64,000 nucleotides of DNA from Flammeovirgaceae bacterium UBA2366 (lineage in GTDB: Bacteria > Bacteroidota > Bacteroidia > Cytophagales > Cyclobacteriaceae). The notes under the pieces were generated by a model. It worked only from the letters and a program-made list of their open reading frames with translations. It was not told the DNA's origin and did not search any database. Positions 1 to 8,675 of the stretch are shown one piece after another. Position numbers and translations under genes: made by a program. The stretch's first letter is position 1. Each line of letters starts with the position of its first letter. The stretch lies in assembly GCA_002344065.1 (NCBI GenBank), contig DDTK01000011.1:641977-705976 (forward strand), in the 5' to 3' direction.

Positions 1-108
1 GCGATGAGCGAGGCCTGGGAAGAAGGGAAAATCAAAGAAAATGACGTAATTTGTTTAGCCGCATTTGGCAGTGGCTTTACGTGGGCTTCTGCTTTAATAC
101 GGTGGTAA
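1..108 (+). CDS. fabH: 3-oxoacyl-ACP synthase III, C-terminal fragment (gene begins upstream of the window)
   Basis: Frame 1 reads ...ICLAAFGSGFTWASALIRW followed by TAA at 106-108. This closely matches the conserved FabH C-terminus (AFGGGFTWGSALVRF in E. coli). Confidence 0.7.
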   Translation, partial: AMSEAWEEGKIKENDVICLAAFGSGFTWASALIRW

Positions 109-111
109 AAT

Positions 112-226
112 AATTCAGGATTCAAAATTTATAATTCAAGATTAAAGGGCGTTTACTCATGATGCCTAAGTCATGTAAAAAGTCTAAGAATTTTAAATAT
201 TGAATCTTGAATCTTGAATCTTGAAA
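112..226. repeat. Imperfect inverted-repeat element whose arms have a 7-bp period (ATTCAGG/ATTCAAA/ATTCAAG ... TGAATCT x3)
   Basis: The left arm at 112-144 is (ATTCAnn)n. The right arm at 185-226 contains TGAATCT in tandem three times (201-221). The arms are mutually complementary around a ~40-bp core. Related elements lie at 56726-56808 and 59713-59782. Confidence 0.6.
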
Positions 227-233
227 CAACCCC

Positions 234-458
234 ATGAAAACATCAACCTACAACCCCAGTCCCCTTGAGGTAGATTTTGCAAATGCTTTGTTCATCCTTC
301 AAAAAGAGTTGGAAAAGCACTTGCAGGATAATCACATTGTTAATGTGGAAACACAACTCAATCGCGACAATCCTTCCGTAAAATTCAGTTTACTGGATAA
401 AGATGGTGACCCCCACGAGGTAGTGCTGCGGGTGATCCAAATACCGGATAAATTTTAG
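234..458 (+). CDS. Hypothetical small protein (74 aa)
   Basis: ATG-initiated ORF in an otherwise empty gap, bounded by a repeat upstream and a palindrome downstream. I recognise no family. Confidence 0.4.
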   Translation: MKTSTYNPSPLEVDFANALFILQKELEKHLQDNHIVNVETQLNRDNPSVKFSLLDKDGDPHEVVLRVIQIPDKF

Positions 459-476
459 GATGAAATTATCTCTACA

Positions 477-503
477 CCTCTAAGATCTTAAAGATCTTAG
501 AGG
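477..503. repeat. Perfect 27-bp palindrome (13-bp arms) between convergent genes; possible bidirectional terminator or protein site
   Basis: CCTCTAAGATCTT-A-AAGATCTTAGAGG read directly. No flanking T-run. Confidence 0.5.
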
Positions 504-524
504 CATAAGACAGTTACTTAACTC

Positions 525-3485
525 CTATTGATTTGGAGCTTCCAGGTTTATTTTCCGTTGCTTTTCATACCCAAAAATCTCATCCAACGAAAGCTCTTTC
601 ACTTTACCATATTTCGACAGATCTTTCAGGTTAACCTTATCCCGACTTGTTATCAGCACCAGGTTGTACTTTTTGTTTTTGATGTTTTCTTCCTGAAATT
701 TTTTAATATCGGCCAAGGTCATATTCTTCACTTGCTCATAAACATCCTTACGAATATCATAATTTAATCCACGCTTTTCAGCGGTAAGGTAATTGAACAA
801 TACACTTTGCTTAACAATGCGCTCACTTTCAATCACACTTAATACGGCTTCTTTAGCTTCCTTAAAACCATCTTCGGTTTCGGGCATGGTATAAATAATG
901 TTACGCAATGCATTTAATGACTCCGCCTGTTTGTCGGCCTGTGTACCAATGTAACCAAAGAATGAATCTGTTCCGGAGGCCTTTGACGCAGTCTGGTAGG
1001 ATGTAAATGTTCCGTATGCCAAACCCTGTGCTTCGCGTAACTCGCGAAATACCTGTGAGCCCATGTACTCATTATACAACCGGCTGTACGGCATCTTGGC
1101 CTTATCGAACTTATCGCCTTTAATCATGAATACCGCTTCTGTCTGCACCATATCGTAATGTGTCCAGTATACAGCGGGATCGGTTACATCCACCATAGCA
1201 AAATCACGCGCAGGCGGAACGTCATTTAAGGTTTCAGGCAACACGTGTAACCTTTGAAGCGAAGCCAGTAACGTTTGATCATTCAGTGGACCATAGTACA
1301 ATACTTTGTGCTTCATTTTTGTGAAACCCTTAATGATATTAACCAACTCATCGGCTTGAAGTTTACGCAGGTCGCTGTTGCTCAGCACATTGGTAAAGGG
1401 GGAATTTGCCCCATACAAACCATAGTTCATAAGACCATCAAACATGATTGCATATTTATCCTTTTTGGTGTCATCACGTTTCTTGAAAATATCATCAATC
1501 ATATTTTTTAATGCTTGCTCATCGGCCTTTGCATTCGTGAGCAAGTCTTCCATAATAGCAATGGACTTATCCATATTTTCAGAAAGACCTTCCAGCGTAA
1601 TATACGTTTGGTCTTCTGCGGCAAAAACACTAAAGCCACATCCAATTTTATATAATTCCTTTTTTATGTCTTCGGCTGATAATTTATCCGTGCCCAAAAA
1701 TTCAAGATATTCAACAGCCACCCGAAACTTTGGATCATTATTCGTACCTGCATCCAGCAGGTAATACAGTCTGAATAAATCATTCTCTTTATTTTGATTG
1801 TACAATACCGGAACATCTTGCCGCAAAGACAGCTTGCGTATATCCTTTTCATAATCCAGGAATACCGGCTGCAATTTATCTACTGGTTTTTTTGAAATGG
1901 CTTCATGAAAAGGTGACCGATCCTCTTTATTCAGAACCACCTTGGTAATGGAGGGTTTCACCACCTTTTTTTCATTCGGATCCTTTCCCGTTACCTTTTT
2001 GATCAGGATGTAATTATTTCCATAATGTTCGTTGGCAAATTTCACCACATCCTCCTTTTTAAATTTGCGAAGTGCTTCAATCTCTCCAACATAAGTTGCC
2101 CAATCCATTCCATTGGTAAAAGCTGTTACCATTTCATCCGAACGTGCGTAGTTGTTTTCGTACCCACGGATTTTATTCTTTTTTAAATCGTTCACCACCG
2201 CATCGAGCAGCCAATCTTCAAAATCACCTTTCTTCACCAATTCAATTTGCTCAAGAAATAAGTCCCGAACCTGATCAAGCGTTTGTCCTTCCTTAGGTTT
2301 ACCATTAAACACATGCAGGTTATAGTCATTAATATCATAAACAAATGAACCGGGCTCTATAACGCGTTGTTTTTGTTTTAGGTTAATATCGATCAATCCT
2401 GCCTTTGAGTTTGCCAGAATCATATCGGTTAACCGAAGCAACTGGTACTCTTTTGAGTTGCGGCCCGGAAACCGATACGCCATATATATCCATTCGGCAT
2501 CCGGACCGATTACTTCAACTTCTGTTGGTGAAATTATCGGAGCTTCTTCCACCACATTCCACGGCTCAAGCGATTCATTAGCCTCCCAGTCAGAAAAATA
2601 CTTATCTACCAGCGCAATAGTTTTATCATAGTCCAGGTCACCGCTTAAACAAACAGCCACATTGTTCGGCCGATAATACTTTGTAAAATAGTTTTTGATT
2701 TCTGTTATAGAAGGGTTCTTCAGGTGGTCAATGGTGCCAATAACAGTTTGTGTACCATATGGATGCTTTTTAAAAGCTGCCTCAAACATGGCTTCAAAAC
2801 TTTTCCAATAGTCGTTATCCAGGCTTCCGTTCTTTTCTTCATACACGGCTTCCAACTCTGTATGAAACAGGCGTGGCACAATAGTACGGAAGCGACTGGC
2901 TTCGATCTGCAACCAATTGTCCAACTGGTTAGCGGGTATATCATTGATGTAAACGGTTCGATCTTCCGTGGTATAGGCATTCAAGCCACGACCACCAAGT
3001 TCCGTAATCATTTTATCATACTCACTGGCGATGGCCAGTTTTGCGGCATCATTGGAGTATTGATCAATCTTCTTATAATAATTCACCCGTTCCATGGAAT
3101 CAGTAAGCGTACGGTAGTGCTCGAACATGCGCTCAATACTGTCAAGCATTACCTTCTCCTTCGCCCAATCCAATGTTCCGAACTCATCGCTTCCTTTAAA
3201 CATTATGTGCTCCAAATAATGAGCTAACCCAGTTGCATCGGCCGGATCATTCTTTCCGCCCGCTTTCACCGCTATTTGCGTATAAATTCTTGGGGCTGCA
3301 TTATACTGGCTCAGGTAAACCTTTAAGCCGTTTTTCAGGGTGTAAATGCGCGTTTGAAGCGGATCGTTGGTAACATACTCGTACGTATAACCTCCGCTTT
3401 CACCTGTTTTGGTTTCAAATTTTGCTTTTTCCGTGCAGGAAAGGACCGTCCAAATAAGGACACCGATGAGAAAGAATCTTTTCAT
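525..3485 (-). CDS. M16-family zinc metallopeptidase (insulinase/pitrilysin-like), lipoprotein
   Basis: 986-aa ORF with the HxxEH zinc motif (HYLEHIMFKG). N-terminal signal ends in LSC (lipobox-like). The length fits a two-unit M16 architecture. Confidence 0.9.
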   Translation of the reverse strand: MKRFFLIGVLIWTVLSCTEKAKFETKTGESGGYTYEYVTNDPLQTRIYTLKNGLKVYLSQYNAAPRIYTQIAVKAGGKNDPADATGLAHYLEHIMFKGSDEFGTLDWAKEKVMLDSIERMFEHYRTLTDSMERVNYYKKIDQYSNDAAKLAIASEYDKMITELGGRGLNAYTTEDRTVYINDIPANQLDNWLQIEASRFRTIVPRLFHTELEAVYEEKNGSLDNDYWKSFEAMFEAAFKKHPYGTQTVIGTIDHLKNPSITEIKNYFTKYYRPNNVAVCLSGDLDYDKTIALVDKYFSDWEANESLEPWNVVEEAPIISPTEVEVIGPDAEWIYMAYRFPGRNSKEYQLLRLTDMILANSKAGLIDINLKQKQRVIEPGSFVYDINDYNLHVFNGKPKEGQTLDQVRDLFLEQIELVKKGDFEDWLLDAVVNDLKKNKIRGYENNYARSDEMVTAFTNGMDWATYVGEIEALRKFKKEDVVKFANEHYGNNYILIKKVTGKDPNEKKVVKPSITKVVLNKEDRSPFHEAISKKPVDKLQPVFLDYEKDIRKLSLRQDVPVLYNQNKENDLFRLYYLLDAGTNNDPKFRVAVEYLEFLGTDKLSAEDIKKELYKIGCGFSVFAAEDQTYITLEGLSENMDKSIAIMEDLLTNAKADEQALKNMIDDIFKKRDDTKKDKYAIMFDGLMNYGLYGANSPFTNVLSNSDLRKLQADELVNIIKGFTKMKHKVLYYGPLNDQTLLASLQRLHVLPETLNDVPPARDFAMVDVTDPAVYWTHYDMVQTEAVFMIKGDKFDKAKMPYSRLYNEYMGSQVFRELREAQGLAYGTFTSYQTASKASGTDSFFGYIGTQADKQAESLNALRNIIYTMPETEDGFKEAKEAVLSVIESERIVKQSVLFNYLTAEKRGLNYDIRKDVYEQVKNMTLADIKKFQEENIKNKKYNLVLITSRDKVNLKDLSKYGKVKELSLDEIFGYEKQRKINLEAPNQ

Positions 3486-3683
3486 ACCTATGGGGTTAGT
3501 GGAAATCTAAAGTAATGAAAACATCTAACGGTGAAAATGGGTATTTATGCTATCCCCTGAGGCTTTTAAACTAAATTCCTAAACATTACATTACATCCTC
3601 CACAACCTGACCTTTCAAATCCGTAATTTTCCGATCAATAAATGAGTGTATCAAATCTGCCATACCGTGCGTTAAATTGAATT

Positions 3684-5342
3684 ATGGAATACGTGAAGAA
3701 GAGATTGAAATTTTTTGTAGCCATTACCCTGTTGGGTGCTGTTGCCTTAGCGTTTACTCCCCCCGCTGACCGTTACTTCGAAATTGCCAAAAACCTCGAC
3801 ATTTTTGCCACCCTGTTTAAGGAAGTAAATGCACTGTACGTTGATGATGTTAACCCCAACCTCCTGGTAAAAACCGGCATTGATGCCATGCTTGAATCCC
3901 TTGATCCGTATACTAACTACATCCCGGAAGATCAGGTGGAGGATTTCAGAACCATGAACACCGGACAATACGGTGGCATTGGCGCCATTACACGTGAGTT
4001 GGGAGATCGCACCGTAGTTACGATGATCATGGAAGGATTTGCCGCTCAAAAAGGTGGTTTAAAAATTGGCGATGAGATAGTAAAGATAAATCAGGTAGAG
4101 CTAAGTAATATATCCAGAAGGGAAGCCGGTAACCTTATGCGCGGCCAGGTAGGTGAAGCGGTAACCTTGACCGTGAAAAGAATTGGTCATGAAAACCCGA
4201 TTAAGCTTGAGTTTAAGCGCGAGAAAATTAAACTGAATAACGTACCCTTTTCAGGGATGCTCGATAACAACATTGCTTATATCAAGCTAACGGAGTTCAC
4301 ACCTGATGCCGGTAAAAACGTACGGGCTGCATTCACCAAACTCAAAGAAAAAAATCCTAAAGGTGTTGTTCTGGATCTGCGTGATAATCCTGGCGGATTA
4401 TTAATGGAAGCCGTGAATGTTTGCAATGTATTCTTACCCAAAGGTAAAAAGGTGGTGAGTACAAAGGGTAAGATTACCGACCAGAACGCTACCTATTCTA
4501 CCCTTGATAACCCGTTAGATCTGGAAATTCCGGTAGTGGTTCTTATCAACAGAGGCAGTGCATCTGCTTCTGAAATTGTGGCGGGCACCCTACAGGATTA
4601 TGACCGAGCCATAATAATTGGTGAGCGGTCATTCGGAAAAGGTTTGGTACAGGTGCCCCGCCCACTTTCGTACAATGCGCAGGTAAAGATTACAACAGCA
4701 AAATATTATACCCCTACAGGCCGGTGTATTCAAGTGCTGGATTACACCCATAGACGTGAAGATGGCAGCGTTGCCTCCATTCCGGATTCTCTTAAAAATG
4801 TTTTCAAAACAACCAACGGAAGAACGGTATACGATGGCGGTGGCATTGAGCCTGACATTCAGGTTGTACAGGTGGAGGCGCATCCGGTATCACAAACCTT
4901 ATTTGAGCAGGGTTATATTTTTGATTTTTCAACACAGTATGTCTACAATCGAAATAGCCAGCCCGATCCTAAAAGTTTCACGTTAACAACGGAAGAGTAT
5001 CAGCAATTTGTGACGTGGATGAAAGGTAAAAAATACAGCTACGAATCCGTGATCGATAAACAATTAATCAGACTGGGAGAAGAAGCTAAACGCGAGCGCT
5101 ATTATGCAGAATTAAAAACCCAGCTTGATCAGATAAAATCCAGGGTAGAAGAAAATAAGAAGAATGAATTAATGATCTATAAGGATCAGATAAAATCGCT
5201 TCTGGAAGAAGATATTATCGCGCGCTATCATTATGAGCGTGGAGTAGTGGAAATAAGCTTCAAGTATGATCAGGATCTCAAAAAATCAACTGAGATCTTA
5301 ACCAACACAGCTCAGTACAAGAAAATGCTGAATATTCATTAA
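3684..5342 (+). CDS. S41-family C-terminal processing (tail-specific) peptidase with PDZ domain
   Basis: 552-aa ORF with a PDZ-like segment (GGLKIGDEIVKIN), the S41 catalytic-serine region (NRGSASASEIVAG) and an N-terminal TM/signal. Confidence 0.9.
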   Translation: MEYVKKRLKFFVAITLLGAVALAFTPPADRYFEIAKNLDIFATLFKEVNALYVDDVNPNLLVKTGIDAMLESLDPYTNYIPEDQVEDFRTMNTGQYGGIGAITRELGDRTVVTMIMEGFAAQKGGLKIGDEIVKINQVELSNISRREAGNLMRGQVGEAVTLTVKRIGHENPIKLEFKREKIKLNNVPFSGMLDNNIAYIKLTEFTPDAGKNVRAAFTKLKEKNPKGVVLDLRDNPGGLLMEAVNVCNVFLPKGKKVVSTKGKITDQNATYSTLDNPLDLEIPVVVLINRGSASASEIVAGTLQDYDRAIIIGERSFGKGLVQVPRPLSYNAQVKITTAKYYTPTGRCIQVLDYTHRREDGSVASIPDSLKNVFKTTNGRTVYDGGGIEPDIQVVQVEAHPVSQTLFEQGYIFDFSTQYVYNRNSQPDPKSFTLTTEEYQQFVTWMKGKKYSYESVIDKQLIRLGEEAKRERYYAELKTQLDQIKSRVEENKKNELMIYKDQIKSLLEEDIIARYHYERGVVEISFKYDQDLKKSTEILTNTAQYKKMLNIH

Positions 5343-5356
5343 TACCTCACTCCTCT

Positions 5357-5422
5357 TGTCAGGTTGAGCTTGTCGAAACCAGTTTTTAGTGCATAAAACC
5401 CTTCGACAAACTCAGCTTGACA
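5357..5422. repeat. Palindromic intergenic repeat (21-nt arms, 18/21 complementary)
   Basis: TGTCAGGTTGAGCTTGTCGAA ... TTCGACAAACTCAGCTTGACA. It resembles the 'FDKLSLT'-translating REP-like repeats common in Bacteroidota intergenic DNA. Confidence 0.6.
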
Positions 5423-5467
5423 GATGAAAGTAAATTGAGTTGTATTAAATTAATGATGTTACGCATT

Positions 5468-5554
5468 CAAACTTTGTGTTCCTTAGTGTCTTGGTGTCTT
5501 CGTGGCAAAAATCGCGGAATAATAGCCACGAAGGCACAAAGCCACGAAAGTTTG
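5468..5554. repeat. Second palindromic intergenic repeat built from (T)TCGTGGC/TTAGTGTC/TTGGTGTC subunits
   Basis: CAAACTTTGTGTTCCTTAGTGTCTTGGTGTCTTCGTGGC ... GCCACGAAGGCACAAAGCCACGAAAGTTTG, with complementary arms around a ~17-nt loop. Confidence 0.6.
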
Positions 5555-5601
5555 ACGAAGAAAGATTTCAAGAATACAAAACCATGCGTAACATCAGTAA
5601 A

Positions 5602-7089
5602 TTACTTTCCGTATAGCTTTTTCGCCTCCGCTTCAAATTTATCGCCAGGCTTCCAGGTAGGAGCTGCCGGATTATTTGCCAGCAACACATTGGCGTATAC
5701 ATACGCCCTGTAATATTTTATCAGGTAATTAAAATCAAGAGATGACACCTCATCTGCCGGTTGATGGTAGTACTTTAATAATTCTTCATCAAAGGCTTTT
5801 GTACCCGGAGCAAAGGTAATGGCCGGCACACCTTTCACAGCAAAGTTGTAGTTGTCCGATCGTTCAAACAGATTTTGTTCCGGCACAGGATCTATGGTGG
5901 CTTTAATTCCAAAAGCCGAACAAGCCTTTGCCAGATCAGTTTCTGCTGTAGTGCGTTCCATTCCAATAATGGTAGCAATGGTAACATCATTGTAGCCTGC
6001 ACCATCACAGTTAAAATTAAAAACTGTTTTGTTCATGGGCACCACCGGATTTTCGGCATAGTACTTACTGCCGAGTAAACCCTTCTCCTCCCCTGTTAAG
6101 GCAATAAATAACACGGAGCGTTTAGGAGGATATTGCGCCAGGTACTTGGCGGTTGAAATTAATCCGACAACACCAATGGCATTGTCACGTGCACCATTAA
6201 AGATCGAGTCGGGCTTGCCGGTATTCTTCACACCCACATGATCGTAATGCGCTGATACCACCAGAAACTCGTTCTTCAACTTAGGATCAGTTCCCTCAAT
6301 CATACCAATAACATTCCGGGTGGGGACAGGCTCAGTTTTTACACCTTCAATTTTAAGCGATCCCGACAAGGAGCCATCCTTAATTTTTTTCAAGGCATCA
6401 GCATCACTGTCTTTTAGCCATACATGTGTTGTATTTCCACTGTTGGATGATTTTACGCGCATGGAAACATTGCTGGCAAAAAAATTTACCAATGCCGGCC
6501 ATGGCACTTGCGGAGAAGCAAAGATTTCGATTAAGCCCGCAGCACCGGCATTCTTCGCATCCTGAAACTTTCCACCTGCCGCGCTAAAAATAGCCATCGG
6601 ATTTCCTCCCGAATCTTTCGTGCCGGCCAGCGCAATCACCATTTTCCCTTTTACATTAGCTTGATTCAATTCTTCTGTAGAACCATAACCCACATAAACA
6701 AAATCACCCTTCCACTCCTGATTGCCGCCTTCAAACAGAATAAAATCATCTTTGAATTTAAAAATATCTCCACCAAGCGATAACTCACCTGCTTTAGCCG
6801 GATGAGCATTTTCAAGCGCGACCGGTTGGTAATAATTAGACAGGCCCGGTGCAGTTTTTAATCCGAAAATTTTAAACTGAGAGGCAATATAGTTAGCGGC
6901 TATTTCAAGTTCTGGCGATCCCGTATCACGTCCACGCATTTCATCTGAAGCCAGAAATGTTAAGTGTGCTTCAACTTCGGGTGAGGTAATAAGTTTAGTG
7001 ACTTCAGCGACCGGATTTTTCTGTGCCCAGCCAAAGCCGGAAACAAGAAATAACATGACCAGTAAAAGGCATTTTTTTGAATTCATCAT
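5602..7089 (-). CDS. M28-family aminopeptidase with PA (protease-associated) insert, secreted
   Basis: 495 aa with a signal peptide. Conserved DEMRGRDTGSPE, SAHYDHVG, NGARDNAIG and GEEKGLLGS metal-ligand/catalytic regions typical of M28. Confidence 0.85.
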   Translation of the reverse strand: MMNSKKCLLLVMLFLVSGFGWAQKNPVAEVTKLITSPEVEAHLTFLASDEMRGRDTGSPELEIAANYIASQFKIFGLKTAPGLSNYYQPVALENAHPAKAGELSLGGDIFKFKDDFILFEGGNQEWKGDFVYVGYGSTEELNQANVKGKMVIALAGTKDSGGNPMAIFSAAGGKFQDAKNAGAAGLIEIFASPQVPWPALVNFFASNVSMRVKSSNSGNTTHVWLKDSDADALKKIKDGSLSGSLKIEGVKTEPVPTRNVIGMIEGTDPKLKNEFLVVSAHYDHVGVKNTGKPDSIFNGARDNAIGVVGLISTAKYLAQYPPKRSVLFIALTGEEKGLLGSKYYAENPVVPMNKTVFNFNCDGAGYNDVTIATIIGMERTTAETDLAKACSAFGIKATIDPVPEQNLFERSDNYNFAVKGVPAITFAPGTKAFDEELLKYYHQPADEVSSLDFNYLIKYYRAYVYANVLLANNPAAPTWKPGDKFEAEAKKLYGK

Positions 7090-7110
7090 AGCGTGGAGAT
7101 TAGTTTAAAT

Positions 7111-8586
7111 TTAGTTACGATTATAAAGTTTCTTTCCTGCTTCTTCATACTTATCACCATTGTTCCAAAACGGTGGGATTTGTTCATTGGCTAACAACGA
7201 GACTGCATAAACAAAGGTTCTGTAGAACCGGGTCAGGTAGTCAAAATCAAGTGTGGATACCTCGTCCGCCTGACGGTGGTAATATTTACGGATTTCATCA
7301 TCCATTTTTGCAAGACCAGGTTGGAGCTTAATGGCAGGAATTCCTTTTGCGGCAAAGGAAACCTGATCAGAACGTTCATAAGAACCCTCTTTCTGATCTG
7401 GGTCTCCGCCTACACGAAGTCCGAATGCCTTGGCGGCAACTCTTAATTTTTCATCAGCCGATGTTCTTCCCAAACTTATACTGGTTACGATGGATTTGTC
7501 ATTATATCCTACACCATCGCAGTTAATATTCAATACATGCTTTTCCAGCGGCACCAATGGATGATCAACGTACCATCGGCTGCCCAGCAAACCTTTTTCT
7601 TCTGACGTGACCGACACTAAAAGTACCGAACGTTTGGGTGGGTATTGACTCAGGTATTTTGCGATCTGCAGTAGCGCTACCGTACCAATGGCATTATCAC
7701 GCGCTCCGTTAAAAATTGAATCCTGATTTCCGGTTGGTTTCCCAACACCAATATGATCATAGTGGGCGGTTACAATAATATACTCTTCTCTAAGTTTTGG
7801 GTCTGTTCCCTGTATCATTCCTGCAACATTTCTGCCGGGCACCGGTTCACGCTTTTGCCCACCTACAGAAAGACTACCTGTAATCTTATCTCCTTCCTTG
7901 AAGTTGATCTTCTTAACATCAGCGGGTTTTAGCCAAACATGCGGTTGTGCTGAACCCTGCACCTGCAAGACCCAGCGCGGCCCTCCGGTAAAAAAATTCA
8001 CAAGTGTTGGAAATGGAATTTGTGAAAAGGTTAAAAACTCAACAAGCCCCTCCCCCCCATGGGCAACTACATCCAAATATTTTGTATTGCTGGCTGTAAA
8101 GACTTTGTTGATATTATCTGCCTCTTTTGACCCTGCCAATGCCAGCACCATTTTACCGGTGATATCAACTTTATCAAGCTCTTCAGCAGAACCATACCCC
8201 ACGTAAACAAATTCGCCATTCCAGGTTGAGTTGGCGCCACCTAAAACCAAAAGACTTTCCTTAAACTGAAAAGCATCATCACCAATAGTGGCCGTTCCTG
8301 AATTGGCTGGCGTTGACTTTTCAAGATTTACCGGCTGAAAAAAACCGGGCGCACCGGGTAAGGTTTTCAGGCCATGTTGATGAAACCAGGTGGCAATGTA
8401 ATTGCCGGCAATTTTTAATTCGGGAGAGCCCGTATCCCGTCCGCGCATTTCATCTGCAGCCAAAAAGGTTAGGTGTGCTTCTGATTCGTTTCGGGTGATA
8501 AGTTGCGTAACACTGCTAACCGTTTTTTTCTGACCAAAAGCGGTGAGGGTTAAAAGCACCCCAATCACATATAGGATTTTTTTCAT
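7111..8586 (-). CDS. M28-family aminopeptidase, tandem paralog of 5602-7089
   Basis: 491 aa, colinear with its neighbour along the full length (for example AHLTFLAADEMRGRDTGSPELKIAGNYIA versus AHLTFLASDEMRGRDTGSPELEIAANYIA). Confidence 0.85.
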   Translation of the reverse strand: MKKILYVIGVLLTLTAFGQKKTVSSVTQLITRNESEAHLTFLAADEMRGRDTGSPELKIAGNYIATWFHQHGLKTLPGAPGFFQPVNLEKSTPANSGTATIGDDAFQFKESLLVLGGANSTWNGEFVYVGYGSAEELDKVDITGKMVLALAGSKEADNINKVFTASNTKYLDVVAHGGEGLVEFLTFSQIPFPTLVNFFTGGPRWVLQVQGSAQPHVWLKPADVKKINFKEGDKITGSLSVGGQKREPVPGRNVAGMIQGTDPKLREEYIIVTAHYDHIGVGKPTGNQDSIFNGARDNAIGTVALLQIAKYLSQYPPKRSVLLVSVTSEEKGLLGSRWYVDHPLVPLEKHVLNINCDGVGYNDKSIVTSISLGRTSADEKLRVAAKAFGLRVGGDPDQKEGSYERSDQVSFAAKGIPAIKLQPGLAKMDDEIRKYYHRQADEVSTLDFDYLTRFYRTFVYAVSLLANEQIPPFWNNGDKYEEAGKKLYNRN

Positions 8587-8613
8587 AAGCGTTAAAACTA
8601 AGGATTTTTAAAC

Positions 8614-8655
8614 CCAATAAAAAAGCGGAAGGCCCATTACAGGCATTCCGCTTTT
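8614..8655 (-). terminator. Rho-independent terminator after the type III glutamine synthetase gene
   Basis: On the minus strand: AAGCGGAA-(15-nt loop)-TTCCGCTT followed by TTTTTATT. Confidence 0.7.
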
Positions 8656-8675
8656 CGTTAGGTTTAGGTTAATAC

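Noticed and set aside
201-221. TGAATCT x3 tandem repeat considered as a possible CRISPR or microsatellite locus
   Set aside because: The 7-bp units have no spacers and only three copies. The repeat is the arm of an inverted-repeat element, not a CRISPR array.
5417-5713. 98-aa plus-strand ORF in the S41/M28 spacer
   Set aside because: It is almost entirely the translation of two palindromic repeats, and its end overlaps the 3' end of the M28 gene on the other strand. There is no coding signature.
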